A DNA stretch of 61,984 bases, the filler included, from Nemertoderma westbladi (Eukaryota; Animalia; Xenacoelomorpha): assembly GCA_032718475.1 (NCBI GenBank). It is 3 parts of 3 records of this genome, joined end to end, with 100 filler letters (N's around TTAATTAATTAA, not from the genome) between each part and the next. Parts side by side here need not be neighbours in the genome. Positions count along the whole stretch, not along the records: positions 16,410 to 45,576 come from JAUCBJ010003839.1; positions 45,677 to 61,984 come from JAUCBJ010007745.1; 1 more part is not named here. The stretch is one strand, 5' to 3'. Position 1 is the first letter of the stretch. Each line of letters begins with the position of its first letter. Shown in pieces: positions 38,836-50,500 of this stretch. The notes under the pieces are model-generated. The model searched no databases. It was given only the letters and a program-made list of their open reading frames with translations, and was not told the origin of the DNA. The position numbers and the translations under genes were made by a program.

Positions 38836-41088
38836 ATGTCAAATACTTCATTGTCAGACTCTTCACAAACACCGAATCCCAATTCGGTATCTGATACTCA
38901 ACCTACTCGCCGAGATGATTGGATGAATGTGGATTTCAATATTCTCCCGACTACTGCTGCTCGCAATAAATCGAGAATAGAATCGGTCCAAAAAAGAGAG
39001 AACAGAACTGACGCTGAAGAACCTCCTCCTGGTCTCCATTACGTTCCTGGTACTGCAGGAAAAAAGCAAATCGCAGGAGATAAACGCCAAACCAATATAA
39101 TTGGAGATGATGGCCAGGCTTGGCTGGCGAGATCGTACTGGCGACTGGTTGAAAGGTCGAAAGATGAGGGTACGAATATCGAAGAACTCGCCCTCCAACT
39201 GTGGGGCTCATTGGATAAACTGAAAGCTGCAAAACGTGCGGCCGAGAGTGGCCAAGGTACATGTGAGAGACGCCGGCATGGTGAAGGTACTCATTCTAGT
39301 GCAAAGAAACGGGAGGAAAGCAATCAAAATAGACATCGTGATGGCAGGGTTATTATTAGGCCGAGTGGCATAAAGTTTGATAAAAGTGATGTGGGTAGAG
39401 GAGTTGGAGATTGCAGCGACAACGGGGATGGGAACCACAAGGAATGGGGCCGTAGAGGAAGTAACAGTGACAGGGATGATAGAGAGAGAATCAGAACAAG
39501 CCATAATGAGAGGCGAAGACATGAAGAACGATTTAAAGATGTGAACAAAGATAATGAGAGAACCAGTGATAGAATTGGAGGATTCAAGGATCGTTCTCGG
39601 GGCGCAGATCGGGGAAGTTGTGCAAATTTCATGAGACCAGGAGATTCAGTCGATGAATTAGAAAGCCGGCGTTATCAGGTGGAATCCGATCGAAGTTCAG
39701 TTTGGTCTGACAATCGGAAAGCGAAAGCGTGGAGGAAGAAACGATCTCCACCTAAATCCCAGGATGATTCAATCGCAGACGGAATGAATGTTGTATCGAG
39801 GGATCATTCCCCTAACCCAGTGGAGTCCGTCGTGGGTTGCAGCAGTTTCGGTAGGACTATGTGCGCGCCGTCAGTAGATACCGAGGTCGGTAGTCTTTAT
39901 TTGAGTAAAAATGAGATGAATAAACTATCAGCTCAGATTCTTAAAGCACAAATAATGGGCGACAGTAAATTGGAGAAAGAACTTAAGGATAAATTATCCC
40001 AGTCAGTATTACGCGATGGGACTCATTCAGAGACCCAGGGTGGAACATCGACGGTGATTCTCACGCAGAGTGGCAGAGGCGGCACTGAAGTTCCGGTGAA
40101 ATTAGCAACTAATAGAGATTCTAAAGGAAGGCAAAGAAAGGTTGAAACTCACGACGTCGAAGGCAAAAGGGTGAAGTACTTTAGGGATGACGATTGTAGA
40201 TCTTTGAATGATCTAGTCGAACAGGAAATGACGTCAACTTCAGCCAATCAAAACTACGACTTTTTGAGAAAGTTGTCTAAAGCTTCGGGTAAAACCGATT
40301 CGGATTATTTTACCTTGGACGACATGTTTGTATCGACGGTTGCTAAGAAACAAAAGGTTTCTGACGTAGAAAGGGAGAGACAAGCAGCTGTAACCAATCA
40401 GCGTCGAGTCGATAAACTCAAGGACGATTGCGGTTTGTGTTTCGAGAATTCGGTTTGTTCAAAACATTTGGTTGTGGCCCATAGCGATCGCGTTTACTTG
40501 CGACTACCCGCTGTGGAGAGTTTACTAGACAACCACTGCGTAATTGTTCCTACCGGACACGTTCTGGGTTCCACGTTCCTCGACGAAGACGTTTGGGACG
40601 ACGTGTTCCGCTTTATGCAGGCGCTGTGTTCCGCGTTCCGCGCCGAAGGGAAAAACTGCGTGTTCATGGAAACCTGTAAGAATTTTAAGAAACATCGTCA
40701 TATGTCAATCGATTGTTTTCCCATCGACGTTGAAACTTTCTCCTCAATGCCAATTTATTTTAAGAAATCGATATCGGAATGTGAGTACGAGTGGTCAGAT
40801 AACAAGAAACTCGTAGATTTAACGTCGAAACCTCTTCGGCGTTCCATCCCCAAGGGATTGCCTTACTTCTGCGTTTGGTTCGGAATATCCGACGGTGGAT
40901 TCGCTCACGTGATCGAGGACGAAGCCGAATTCGATAGCTTCTTCGGTAAAGAAGTTCTCGGTAATGTTTTAGATATCGAGCCTCGTCTCTGGCGGAAACC
41001 TAGGAAACAAAGTTTAGCGGATCTAAATAAAAAACTCGATTATTTCTCTAAGATTTGGGCGCCATTTGATTGGACTAAGAGATCTTAG
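38836..41088 (+). CDS. CWF19L2: CWF19-like protein 2 (CwfJ domains), single long exon
   Basis: 750-aa ORF with RDDWMNVDF, IGDDGQAWLARSY, EMNKLSAQILKAQIMGD, GKRVKYFRDDD, CGLCF, HCVIVPTGH, HMSIDCFP, YFKKSISECEYEWSDNKKL, PKGLPYFCVWF, GFAHVIEDE, WAPFDWTK. A possible acceptor cttacag at 38827 could add an upstream exon. Confidence 0.95.
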   Translation: MSNTSLSDSSQTPNPNSVSDTQPTRRDDWMNVDFNILPTTAARNKSRIESVQKRENRTDAEEPPPGLHYVPGTAGKKQIAGDKRQTNIIGDDGQAWLARSYWRLVERSKDEGTNIEELALQLWGSLDKLKAAKRAAESGQGTCERRRHGEGTHSSAKKREESNQNRHRDGRVIIRPSGIKFDKSDVGRGVGDCSDNGDGNHKEWGRRGSNSDRDDRERIRTSHNERRRHEERFKDVNKDNERTSDRIGGFKDRSRGADRGSCANFMRPGDSVDELESRRYQVESDRSSVWSDNRKAKAWRKKRSPPKSQDDSIADGMNVVSRDHSPNPVESVVGCSSFGRTMCAPSVDTEVGSLYLSKNEMNKLSAQILKAQIMGDSKLEKELKDKLSQSVLRDGTHSETQGGTSTVILTQSGRGGTEVPVKLATNRDSKGRQRKVETHDVEGKRVKYFRDDDCRSLNDLVEQEMTSTSANQNYDFLRKLSKASGKTDSDYFTLDDMFVSTVAKKQKVSDVERERQAAVTNQRRVDKLKDDCGLCFENSVCSKHLVVAHSDRVYLRLPAVESLLDNHCVIVPTGHVLGSTFLDEDVWDDVFRFMQALCSAFRAEGKNCVFMETCKNFKKHRHMSIDCFPIDVETFSSMPIYFKKSISECEYEWSDNKKLVDLTSKPLRRSIPKGLPYFCVWFGISDGGFAHVIEDEAEFDSFFGKEVLGNVLDIEPRLWRKPRKQSLADLNKKLDYFSKIWAPFDWTKRS

Positions 41089-41748
41089 ATGTATTTTATT
41101 TCTTGATTTTACCGGCAAGTGTTTTTTATTACATATTTATATATTATAAGAAAAAGTTGATTGCATCTGTAAAGTTTAGCGAATTTTATTGTTTTAAGAA
41201 AGTTTAATAATAATATTTATATTTAAGGTGACGCGACGCACACTACTGAGTCAAAGTCAAATGTAAAACACATCACATGAAATATAATTTTGGAGTACGC
41301 CTTGCAGACTAAAGTTGCAATAACTTTTGAGTGTGTGAATGGATTTTGATCAAATTGCGTGCAAACCTTTTCTACTTCGATGCTATTTCACAACACATGC
41401 AATAAAGTTTAAATACCTCCACCAAAAATAGTTTATTTTACTTTTTTCGCCGGCATTAAAACATTAAAACAATGCAATCCTATGGGTTACTTTTCTCCCT
41501 AGGGTAAAAAGCACTCATTTTTCTCTCGATCTAAAAACTTAAGAATACAAATATATATAATGTCAATGTCAACATGTCATCATAATAATCAGAATCAGAC
41601 TAGGCCTTTGCAAATTTAATAACCTAAAAGACATCAACATTCTGATGAACCGTCATAAACCTGCAATGTTCCACCGTAACCTGCTTATTCCCCCGTGTCA
41701 TAAGTAGATGACCGTGAGGTCGGAATGTCATTAGACTTAGCTACTTAA

Positions 41749-42269
41749 GGCATTACTATGGTATGTATAATCATTTTTCCAATATTTTTTGGAATGAATT
41801 TTATCAATAGTTACGTGTTTATCACTATAACAACTATATTCCAGAACACTTTAGCTAGTTTTTGACTATTGTTTTGGTAGTGTTCTTTTGTTGCAATAGC
41901 TATGAGTAGAAACAATCCCCACATATTTGAAAGACATTCCAAAGACTTAAATATTGTAGAAATATCTGATAATTTAAAGTATGCTCAATCTTGTGGTCTG
42001 TTACCCATAAATAAATCTACCTGTAAACGAGATGATTGTGGTTACACTGCTAAAACATTTATTAAAAAAGTAAAGGGACAATCGTATTTGACATGGCGAT
42101 GTCAAATATTGAAACTGAACATTGATTATTAAATGTATCGTAATTAGCTAGTGAATTAGTACACTAGTACATTACTATATACACAGATACGCAATGTGTG
42201 TATTGAAATTAATATATAAATGTAATTTACAAAATTTGAAAAAATGGTTATACATACCATAGTAATGCC
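41749..42269 (+). mobile_element. Non-autonomous Merlin (IS1595-like) DNA transposon
   Basis: TIR GGCATTACTATGGTATGTATAA at both ends and a perfect 9-bp TSD GCTACTTAA. Internal ORF 41902-42132 (AQSCGLLP...CKRDDC...TWRC) resembles a Merlin transposase N-terminal zinc ribbon. Confidence 0.82.
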
Positions 42270-43510
42270 GCTACTTAATCGCTCTCATTTGTAAATCTAC
42301 ATTTTCGACTATGGTGGTGCGAGTATTCTCTGTGGAGATGGCGTCGGTAGCCCCCCACGCCCCCTATCACCAAACACAACACGCAATCGCAAAATACATT
42401 TATATTTTTTTGTATTTATTTGATAAATTATTTATGTAGTTATCTTCACATCAGTTCCATAATCCGTATTTCTATGTCTCGTTACTAAAAAATGGAATAG
42501 CCGCATAGCCCTGAGAAATTTTCCAGCCTTTGCGTGTTGTTTTGGCTATTGGGCCAGACACAATCTTCCACATGTTGCCTTGGTGTTCTTCCATTGGTCG
42601 CAGGCCATACAGTATGCCAGTTTCTGGATTGATTGTTACTCCGGGTCTCAGCGCTCGAATCCTGCGAGATGGTCGAACTGTAGCAGGCGATGATTGAGTT
42701 GTAACAGATGAAGGACATCGTCTATGAGAACAAATCTTACCGTTGGATTCTTGCTGAGCTCTTCCCATATTTCTACTAGCGCTATTAGAGTTTGCTCGAG
42801 TCTCACACTGTGTTGAACGGCCAGTACCGCGGGACAGACAAGGTCTTCTAACGGAACGATCTCGTTTGACTATCAGGCGAGTTTCGGCTCGTGATATTCG
42901 TGTCCTTTTTGGTGGTACAGCCTTTCCACGAACACCTTTCATGATGAATGTGTATATAGATGTGGTAAAACAAACGTACTTACGGTTACGGTATGTAAAT
43001 TAATTCATTTATTTTTGTAATTTTGTTCTAGAATACGGTGTACTTCATTGGCTACGCCGATGCTAAATGCTGGCTACGAAGATACAGATACGAATTCACA
43101 GATACACAGCGTGCATGGTGAGAGCGCTGTGGTTGTGCATCACATTTTGAACGAACTTTGACAGCGCTTTCACAGCGTTCTCACAGCGTGGTCAACTCTG
43201 TGAATGACCAGCATTGCGATTTACAACGCCTTTCTGTTACCGCTGTCTGTAATAGCTTTTATACGTATCAGTCGGTTTTTTACTATGATAATTTATTTTA
43301 TTTGTTAATTTGATTTATTTGTGTAAGGTTACAGTGCATACAATACGGTGTAAAGTTTCTGGTTTTGTTATTCAATGTGTAGATTTATATTTTAACATAA
43401 AGCAGGCCTACACACCTCCAGGCTTAATTTACGACCCTGGAAGTTTAGTTTTATATAAAACGTGTGGGGTGGAATTGGCGTTGTTAATTAATTGGTATCG
43501 AACTCACGTA

Positions 43511-43640
43511 CTGTGGCAGAATTCTGCCATACTTTATATTTCTGTTTTTTCTTGCATAATTTATGGACGTCCATAAAATAATTTGTGGAGTCCATAAATT
43601 ATGCAGGAAAAACCATAATTATGGCAGAATTCTGCCACAG
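43511..43640. mobile_element. 130-bp Tc1/mariner-type MITE
   Basis: TA|CTGTGGCAGAATTCTGCCATA ... TATGGCAGAATTCTGCCACAG|TA; almost fully palindromic, with a TA TSD. Confidence 0.85.
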
Positions 43641-43864
43641 TAGGCGTAACTGTAGTATTGCTAGTGTAAAAAAAAACACACTCCACCCACAAATACATTA
43701 CGCTGCTGAGACTCAAAACTGAATTATGAATTGTTTGATTGGTTGTAATTATACTCGCAAAACTGCGAGTACAATAAAAAAAATAAAATTATACTATGGC
43801 CGTTTTCTAAAAGTCTCTGCGTGTGTGTGTGTGTCGTGGTGTGTGTGTCGTAAGCCATACAGTA

Positions 43865-45089
43865 CACCATGTCCTGGAATATAGTGTCGTTATTCAGGTA
43901 CATGCCCCCCCCCCCCCCCCCAAATTTGTCTACAAATCGTAATGAGATTGCATGAAATTTGAAACAGCGATAGTTTCACCTCCCTCCTCCTTCCTGGGTG
44001 AGGCAGAATTTTTATTTTTGCTTTCATTGTTTAGCTACAGCGTTTAAAAAAGTGTCTCCTGCGATATTACATCTGTTACTCCGCAGTTATTCTTCAATCT
44101 TATAGTGATTTATAGGGGAGTCCGAAAATGAAAAATCATGGGTCGCAATTGTCCGGGTCGCAATTGTCCGGGTCGCAATTGTCCTAACATCATTTATACA
44201 GTAGGTACAGTTAGAAAGCTGGTCATGCATGGATTCCAAATATGTATCATAATCTGAATTTCGTCGTAAAATAGCTGAGATATGAGTGTTCGAAAGTTGC
44301 ATGGTTTTGCGCCTGCGCGAGGTTATTTTATTCTACATATTTAACAAATGAACTATATTCTTGGATACTTTGTTTATGTATGAATAGCTACAAATAGTAC
44401 GATTATAGAGTTATTGCATTGTTGCCCAGCTACGTATGGGATAAACAAAATGTTCTAGAATATGGTGTATTTATTAAATATAATAATATATAATTTGCTT
44501 TGCATTACAGTAGGTAATTCTGTTTAGATCTGGTTCTCATTGTTTTGTGTATCTGTGTAGGCCTATTTAGTACCTATGCTTTATTGGCTGGCCGTAAACT
44601 CTTAAACATTTATACTGTACGTATAATTACTGTTCATTACGTATGTATGTATTGCCATGACCCTTATTGGGATAAAGGCTAGTCTGAATAAAAAAAAAGG
44701 ATAAAATAGCCTCGCGCAGGTGTAAAACCATGCAACTTTAGAACGCCCATATTTCAGCTATTCTACGACTAAATTCAGACTGTGATACATATTTGGAATC
44801 CTTGCATGGCCAGCTTTCTAACTGTACCTATAAATCACTATAAGATTGAAGAATAACTGTGGTCTAACAGGTGTAATATCGCAGGAGACACTTTTTTCAA
44901 ACGCTTGTAGCTTAAGAATGAAAATAAAAATTCTGGCTCACCCAGGAAGGAGGAGGGAGGTGAAACTACTGTATCTCTGTTTCATATTTCATGCAATCTC
45001 ATTACGATTTGTAGAAACATTTTTTTTTGGGAGGGGGGGGGGGGGGGGGCATGTACCTGAATAACGACACTATATTCCAGGACATGGTG
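43865..45089. mobile_element. Tc1/mariner-type foldback MITE with ~390-bp arms
   Basis: TA|CACCATGTCCTGGAATATAGTGTCG ... CGACACTATATTCCAGGACATGGTG|TA. Arms contain poly-C/poly-G; the left arm carries a small insert (44115-44191). Confidence 0.88.
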
Positions 45090-45292
45090 TAATTGTCGGA
45101 AGCCAATATATAACTTTATGGGTGTTCGCTAGGAATACTTGCATTTTGCTGCATGAAGGCCCCACTCGTTTCAGAACGGAATTTCAGGAAGGAACTGGCC
45201 CGGCATGGCTGACCATCACCATGACAGCATGATGTCGATCTGTTGAACGCACCGCGGTCGATATCCTGTAGGTCAGCGGCTTTCTAAATGTC

Positions 45293-45515
45293 CTTTGTAC
45301 TTTGGCAGCCTCATGGAGTAAATAAGCATGGTGGACAGCCCATGACTTTCTTGAGACGCATCTTAAAGGACACTGGCCTTAAAGATGCGGATGATCTAGC
45401 AAATGTCATGGGTGATAGGGAGTTGTGGCGGTGCAATTTTGTTGACAAGCCGGCACAGCATTCTTAAAAATGCAGCTGCAATGCAGCATGCCGATCCTAG
45501 TAGTAGTAGTAGTAG
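45293..45515 (+). mobile_element. RTE LINE 3' copy with TSD
   Basis: Close match to the 3' end of 22286-24250 with a (TAG)n tail; 8-bp TSD TAAATGTC at 45285-45292 and 45516-45523. Confidence 0.88.
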
Positions 45516-45576
45516 TAAATGTCACAAGGGGCATTGCAGCAATGCAATAGTGTGATGCAATAGTGTGTAAGACGTA

Positions 45577-45676
45577 NNNNNNNNNNNNNNNNNNNNNNNN
45601 NNNNNNNNNNNNNNNNNNNNTTAATTAATTAANNNNNNNNNNNNNNNNNNNNNNNNNNNNNNNNNNNNNNNNNNNN
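45577..45676. other. Scaffold gap with artificial linker
   Basis: N-run + TTAATTAATTAA + N-run, 100 bp. Confidence 0.97.
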
Positions 45677-46413
45677 CGTTGTTCGGCCTGTCGTTCGGCC
45701 TCTCGTCTATGTTGTTCGGCCTCCTGTTCGCGTTGTTCGGCCTGTCGTTCGGCCGCTTGTTCGGCCTCTCGCCTCTGTGTTTCGGCGGCTAGTACGTCTT
45801 GCTCGGCTTGCAGTTGAATATACTCATCTTCCATCCGAGCTTTGAGGGCTAATGCCTTCCGTTCTCTCAGTTGGTCTCGGAGTGGCGGCGCCCCTTGAGA
45901 ACTGCGCGCTGAGCCGGATATCTCGCTCCTAGCGCTGGAGTGCTGATTTCTGGTGGACCCCATTCTCTTGTGATGTACTCCTGTCCTGATGCTGGAGGAT
46001 CGTACTGATTCCGCGTCTGTTCTTTCAGCCCTCTTGTAATACTGTTCCTCATAGCCTCTCACCAGGCTGAGGGTCCTCCGGTGTTGTTTGCGGAACCCGT
46101 CTAGATGTACAACGTGTTCTTCCAGCTTGGGGTAGTTTTCCTGATCGGTGGGAGGAACGAGCTCTTGGTACGCCTGTATCATTCTTTCGTACCGCTGTAG
46201 GATATTTCGGATACTTTGAAGCTGAGTTTGTACCTCATTGAGGGGGGTTTTGACTCCCTTGAGTTGTTTCTCCATCCGTTGATACGCTCGGGTTACTCCG
46301 CCTTTAAGAGCCCCTAACCGACGGGTCATGTTCTTGACGTTTGGGACCTCGTCGGCTTCCGAGTCTGTGTGGTGATCCATCTCGTCGGTATCGGATATGT
46401 TATTTGTGGTCAT
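45677..46413 (-). mobile_element. Probable BEL/Pao LTR-retrotransposon gag N-terminus (cut by the gap)
   Basis: RRLGALKGGVTRAYQRMEKQL helical start, a Ser-rich linker, then a coiled coil with EAERQAEQ repeats, as in BEL/Pao gag proteins. Confidence 0.55.
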
Positions 46414-47440
46414 TGTAAGGCCTCCTCGATGGCGAGATACGCGATGTCGTAAAACAGTTCCTCGTAGGTATTGTACTCAGCTTGGACCACCCGAACAGTA
46501 ATCCTGAATCGTCCAACGTTCGTTCCTTGTACCTCAACTTCGACGTGCCAGATTCCTGGCTCAACTTGAATTATATCAATGGGTGTGATCGATACTTCCA
46601 TTCCCTGTTAACAACTCTCCCGAATTGTGATCTGCCGACTACGAGTTGGTTAGATCGAGTTTGTTGTTTAATTAAACCACGACTTTGTCTCAACTCAAAT
46701 ACCAGAGTTTCCTCGTAGTGGGTGCTGGCAAGCACGTAGAGAGTTTTTGAAGAGTATTGAAGGATTCTCAACTTCCACCAGTTGAAGTTGACCGCGATAA
46801 TTATTCTTAATTTTGACACCCTGTCAAAATTAACCACGTTAATTATTCTTAATTTTGACACCCTGTCAAAATTAACCACGTGAATTATTCTTAATTTTGT
46901 TGCCGTTATTCCTACACCAGGGGGAAAAACGCCGATGCTGGAGACGTGACTTAACAGACCACCGAGCCCCGGCCAGTCACCGGATATTGATTGTGGGGAG
47001 GGAATATTTCTAAGATGCAAGTTTGCGGTTGAGAAAAGCTGCATTAGTTGGATATACTCTTTAATGTAACTGAACTCTGTTGAACCTTGATTAAGAATAA
47101 TTTTGGGCTTCCCCAAATCAATATACACCAAATATTCACAATAAGTATACACGATAATATAAATCCCTACGGTATATTATTTAATAACCCACTGTTCGCT
47201 CAGAATTTTAGCCTACCTGAATACTGCTTGCATTTTCCATCCCCCCTGGCCCTTATAACTATGAAATTATTCCCGTACCCTGTAAGTTGCCCCAAAGTTC
47301 GCCCATAAATCGCCCCCAGTTTATTGAATGTGCCCAAAACCCATGGTCCCGCACCCAGTAGTAATATCGGAATAATCAATTTTAATAAAATACAAAAATA
47401 TTCAACTCGCGTTATGGAAAGTTGAAATACCGCGAACAAG

Positions 47441-47531
47441 TATAATATATTAGCCGTTATGCACTATGATTATATTAGCCGTGTTATACAGTATAATATA
47501 TTAGCCGTTATGCAGTATAATTATATTAGCC
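47441..47531. repeat. ~24-bp minisatellite, continued at 50959-51000
   Basis: TATAATATATTAGCCGTTATGCAG-like units lie on both sides of the 47532-50958 block. Confidence 0.75.
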
Positions 47532-50500
47532 TGTGGGGCGAGCCACGAAGTGAGTGAGCCTTAGCATAGTGGTACCATTAATCAACCTGTCGTTCTGTCG
47601 TTCTGTCGTTCTGTCGCGTTTTTTTTCAGTATTTTATTTTAAACGTTAATAACTCGGCCAATCCTTGATGAAATCTATCCAAACTTGGTACACATGTTGT
47701 TTGGCAAAAGTTTGAAAATTTTCCAAGTAGAATTTGCGTGGGGCCTTCGTGCAGCATCAGTGTAACTGTTATTGCAGTTATAATAAATTTATTTATCCAA
47801 ATTTAAAATGCGTTAAATTATTATTACTGTAGGATAAATCAGCTGGTTTTCTGACAAATTTTGCAATTCTGCATGTATGTACCATGTGTACCGGTACTGT
47901 CAGGCTGTACTCAATCCTGAATCGAGAATCCTGCAATCGGTCAATACTGCAATACTGGTCAGCCAGTACAATACACTGCATACATGCCATATCATGTACT
48001 CTAATTAAACATGGCCCCGGAACCCTTGCGGTGATTATAGTTTAGGCCTAATTAGCCCACTACTGGCGCCGGTAATAATAATATAATAGTTTAGATAGTT
48101 ACCGCTAATCATTCAGTCATTGGCACGGTACACCGTATTGCTGTACTGCCGTTGTAGTGCGCTCCGTAGGTACCACCCATGGCCTACTACACACAGGCCA
48201 TGACAAGGACTTTGCTGTGAAATTAGCGTAGGCTGACTGTGCTGATTATGGTACTGTCAGACTGTGGTACCTAAGCTATATACTGTTAAGTATATTGCTG
48301 TATTGGGTTGGGGTTAGGAATAATCCATTTGTTTTAGCATTGAACTGTTGAATCCCCTTATTTATTATAAAACCATTGGAAATATTCGCAAATGCCGCTC
48401 CATTACTGTCTGAAACGCCCCCGACAGTCCGATGTATCTGGACACGAGCAGCTGAGTTGCTTCAAGAGGTGATTAACGGGGGAATACTACGGAATTGCTT
48501 GTTTGTCAGTACGATTCTATTTGGGTATTTACTACACTCAGACACTGGGAATACGGCGGTCAGTCAGATCGTAATGCGGGCCACTGCCAAGTTCCTCATG
48601 CCTCACTCCGGTCACCCACCTTGGAGTGCGGTGGGGAGAGTCCCACTTACTGACTTACGTCGACGACTGGACGAATCGACGAGGATTGCGATCTGGGTTT
48701 AGCGGAGGCCCGGATCCTGGGATCGCCTGGGGGAAATGGTTGAACGTTGGGCAGACGTTATCGCACTGGATTACGTTCTCTGTGACGCGAAAGTGTGAAG
48801 CGAATTCGTCGGAAGATGCGGGAATTCTACTGTTCTACGGGAGTAAACCGCAGCGGTCCGGTGACTACGGACGGATACTACTGGGATAAGCAGGTATTTC
48901 GATCGAGTTTCTCGTATTCTCGATACTCGAGGCGGATAGAGAGTTGGTTGTGTTGGGCGGTGTTGTTCAATTCTATCAAACATTAAATAATTGGTAAAAT
49001 AATAAAAACACACCAGATATAGATACTGAGCTTATGGTAAAGAGATAGGCCGAACTTACAATTTCCAAATAGATTGTTCATATAATAAATATATTTTTGG
49101 TATTTTATTTCAAGATGGAACTGGACGCAATAAAAATTCATCCCTCTCCAGGGGAAATTGGACGCAAATAACAACAGCTGATTACTCTCAAAAATAAAAC
49201 TGTAACCTGTTCTATTGTGTTTACTTTATTGCTTTGGTTAAAATAACGTGCCACTGTAACCTGCTTCTTTCCCTAAATTGAGAAATTAATATTGAGGCGG
49301 GATATTAATTTGCCAAGATGGGATTTGCGTCCAGTCCCACCCCCTCCTATCTCTTGATTTTACTAAAAAATAGAATACATTGCATTTTACTGTTATAATT
49401 ACTGTATTGAATAAAATAATTAATTGATTGTTTATTAAACCGTGCTAAGCACGTTGAACTGGAGCTCTAACAATTCCCCACTAGCGGCAGACAGGAACTG
49501 TAAAAGTCTCTGTAGAATTTCTAATTAAGCAATGCTCTTAGGTAACTACTACTAAATTTCAGATGAATCTGATAGTTGGTTCTATAATTACAGCTATTTT
49601 TACGTTTCTGTTAATTCGCCCCCTAGCGGCAGACCGGTGAACTGTAGAAATCTGTCTGTGTGTAGAATTTATAAATTTTTTATAGACTACATGTGTACCA
49701 AGTTTGGTTCCATTTCATCCATTATTGACCGACTTATTAGCGTTCAAACATTCCTGCCACAAACACAGCCAGAGGCAGCCACAAACGAATAAAAGCTGCA
49801 GGAACTCGAGCGATAATTAATTTATTAATTATTAAATACTGTTTCAATTAAATTCTTTACGAAAATCTAGTCATCTTCTTTTAAATATGGACCTTGCATT
49901 CATGGAAAATATAATATTTGATAATTCATCAGTCAGCCTACGCTAATTTCACAGCAAAGTCCTTGTCATGGCCTGTGTGTAGTAGGCCATGGTACCACCC
50001 TTCTACCGGTACCAGCTGACCGCATGACCGGTGGCAACAAGCACTTCAGCACTTGCACAGCAACAGCACTACCGGCGATACACAGGTTGAAATTTATGTA
50101 GAGTTTGCTCAACAGTACAGATATAAAATAGTTATCTAAATTATATATATTACTATTGACAAGTATTGAAATATATACCGTTATTCGTGTTATCAGTATT
50201 TGCAACATCTGACATTGACGAGGTGAGAGAAGATGAATACAGCACTCAACAAAACCAACACTTATCACAGGTCGGTATGGTTACCTCGAAACCGGCGCGA
50301 CTGTCCACTCGAATACAACTTCAAAACACAAGCGCCAACAATAAACTTAAAGCGAATCGAACGTCTTCAGAAGAATCTGTCATTGGGACGAAGAAAAGTA
50401 AGCTGAAACCACGGGAATGGACCATAGCTAAGATTGAATGCTCTCATTGTCAGAGTTCCTGGACCGAAATTGAAACACCAATTGCCGATGGGCTTGATCT

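Noticed and set aside
38863-40816. Antisense and alternative-frame ORFs over CWF19L2 (similar ones over RAB7, RTE, Gypsy and piggyBac)
   Set aside because: Shadow ORFs of real coding sequence with no recognisable motifs.
45195-45290. HDV-like ribozyme next to the RTE copy (GGCCCGGCATGG start)
   Set aside because: I could not build the nested double pseudoknot, and it lies outside the RTE copy's TSD.
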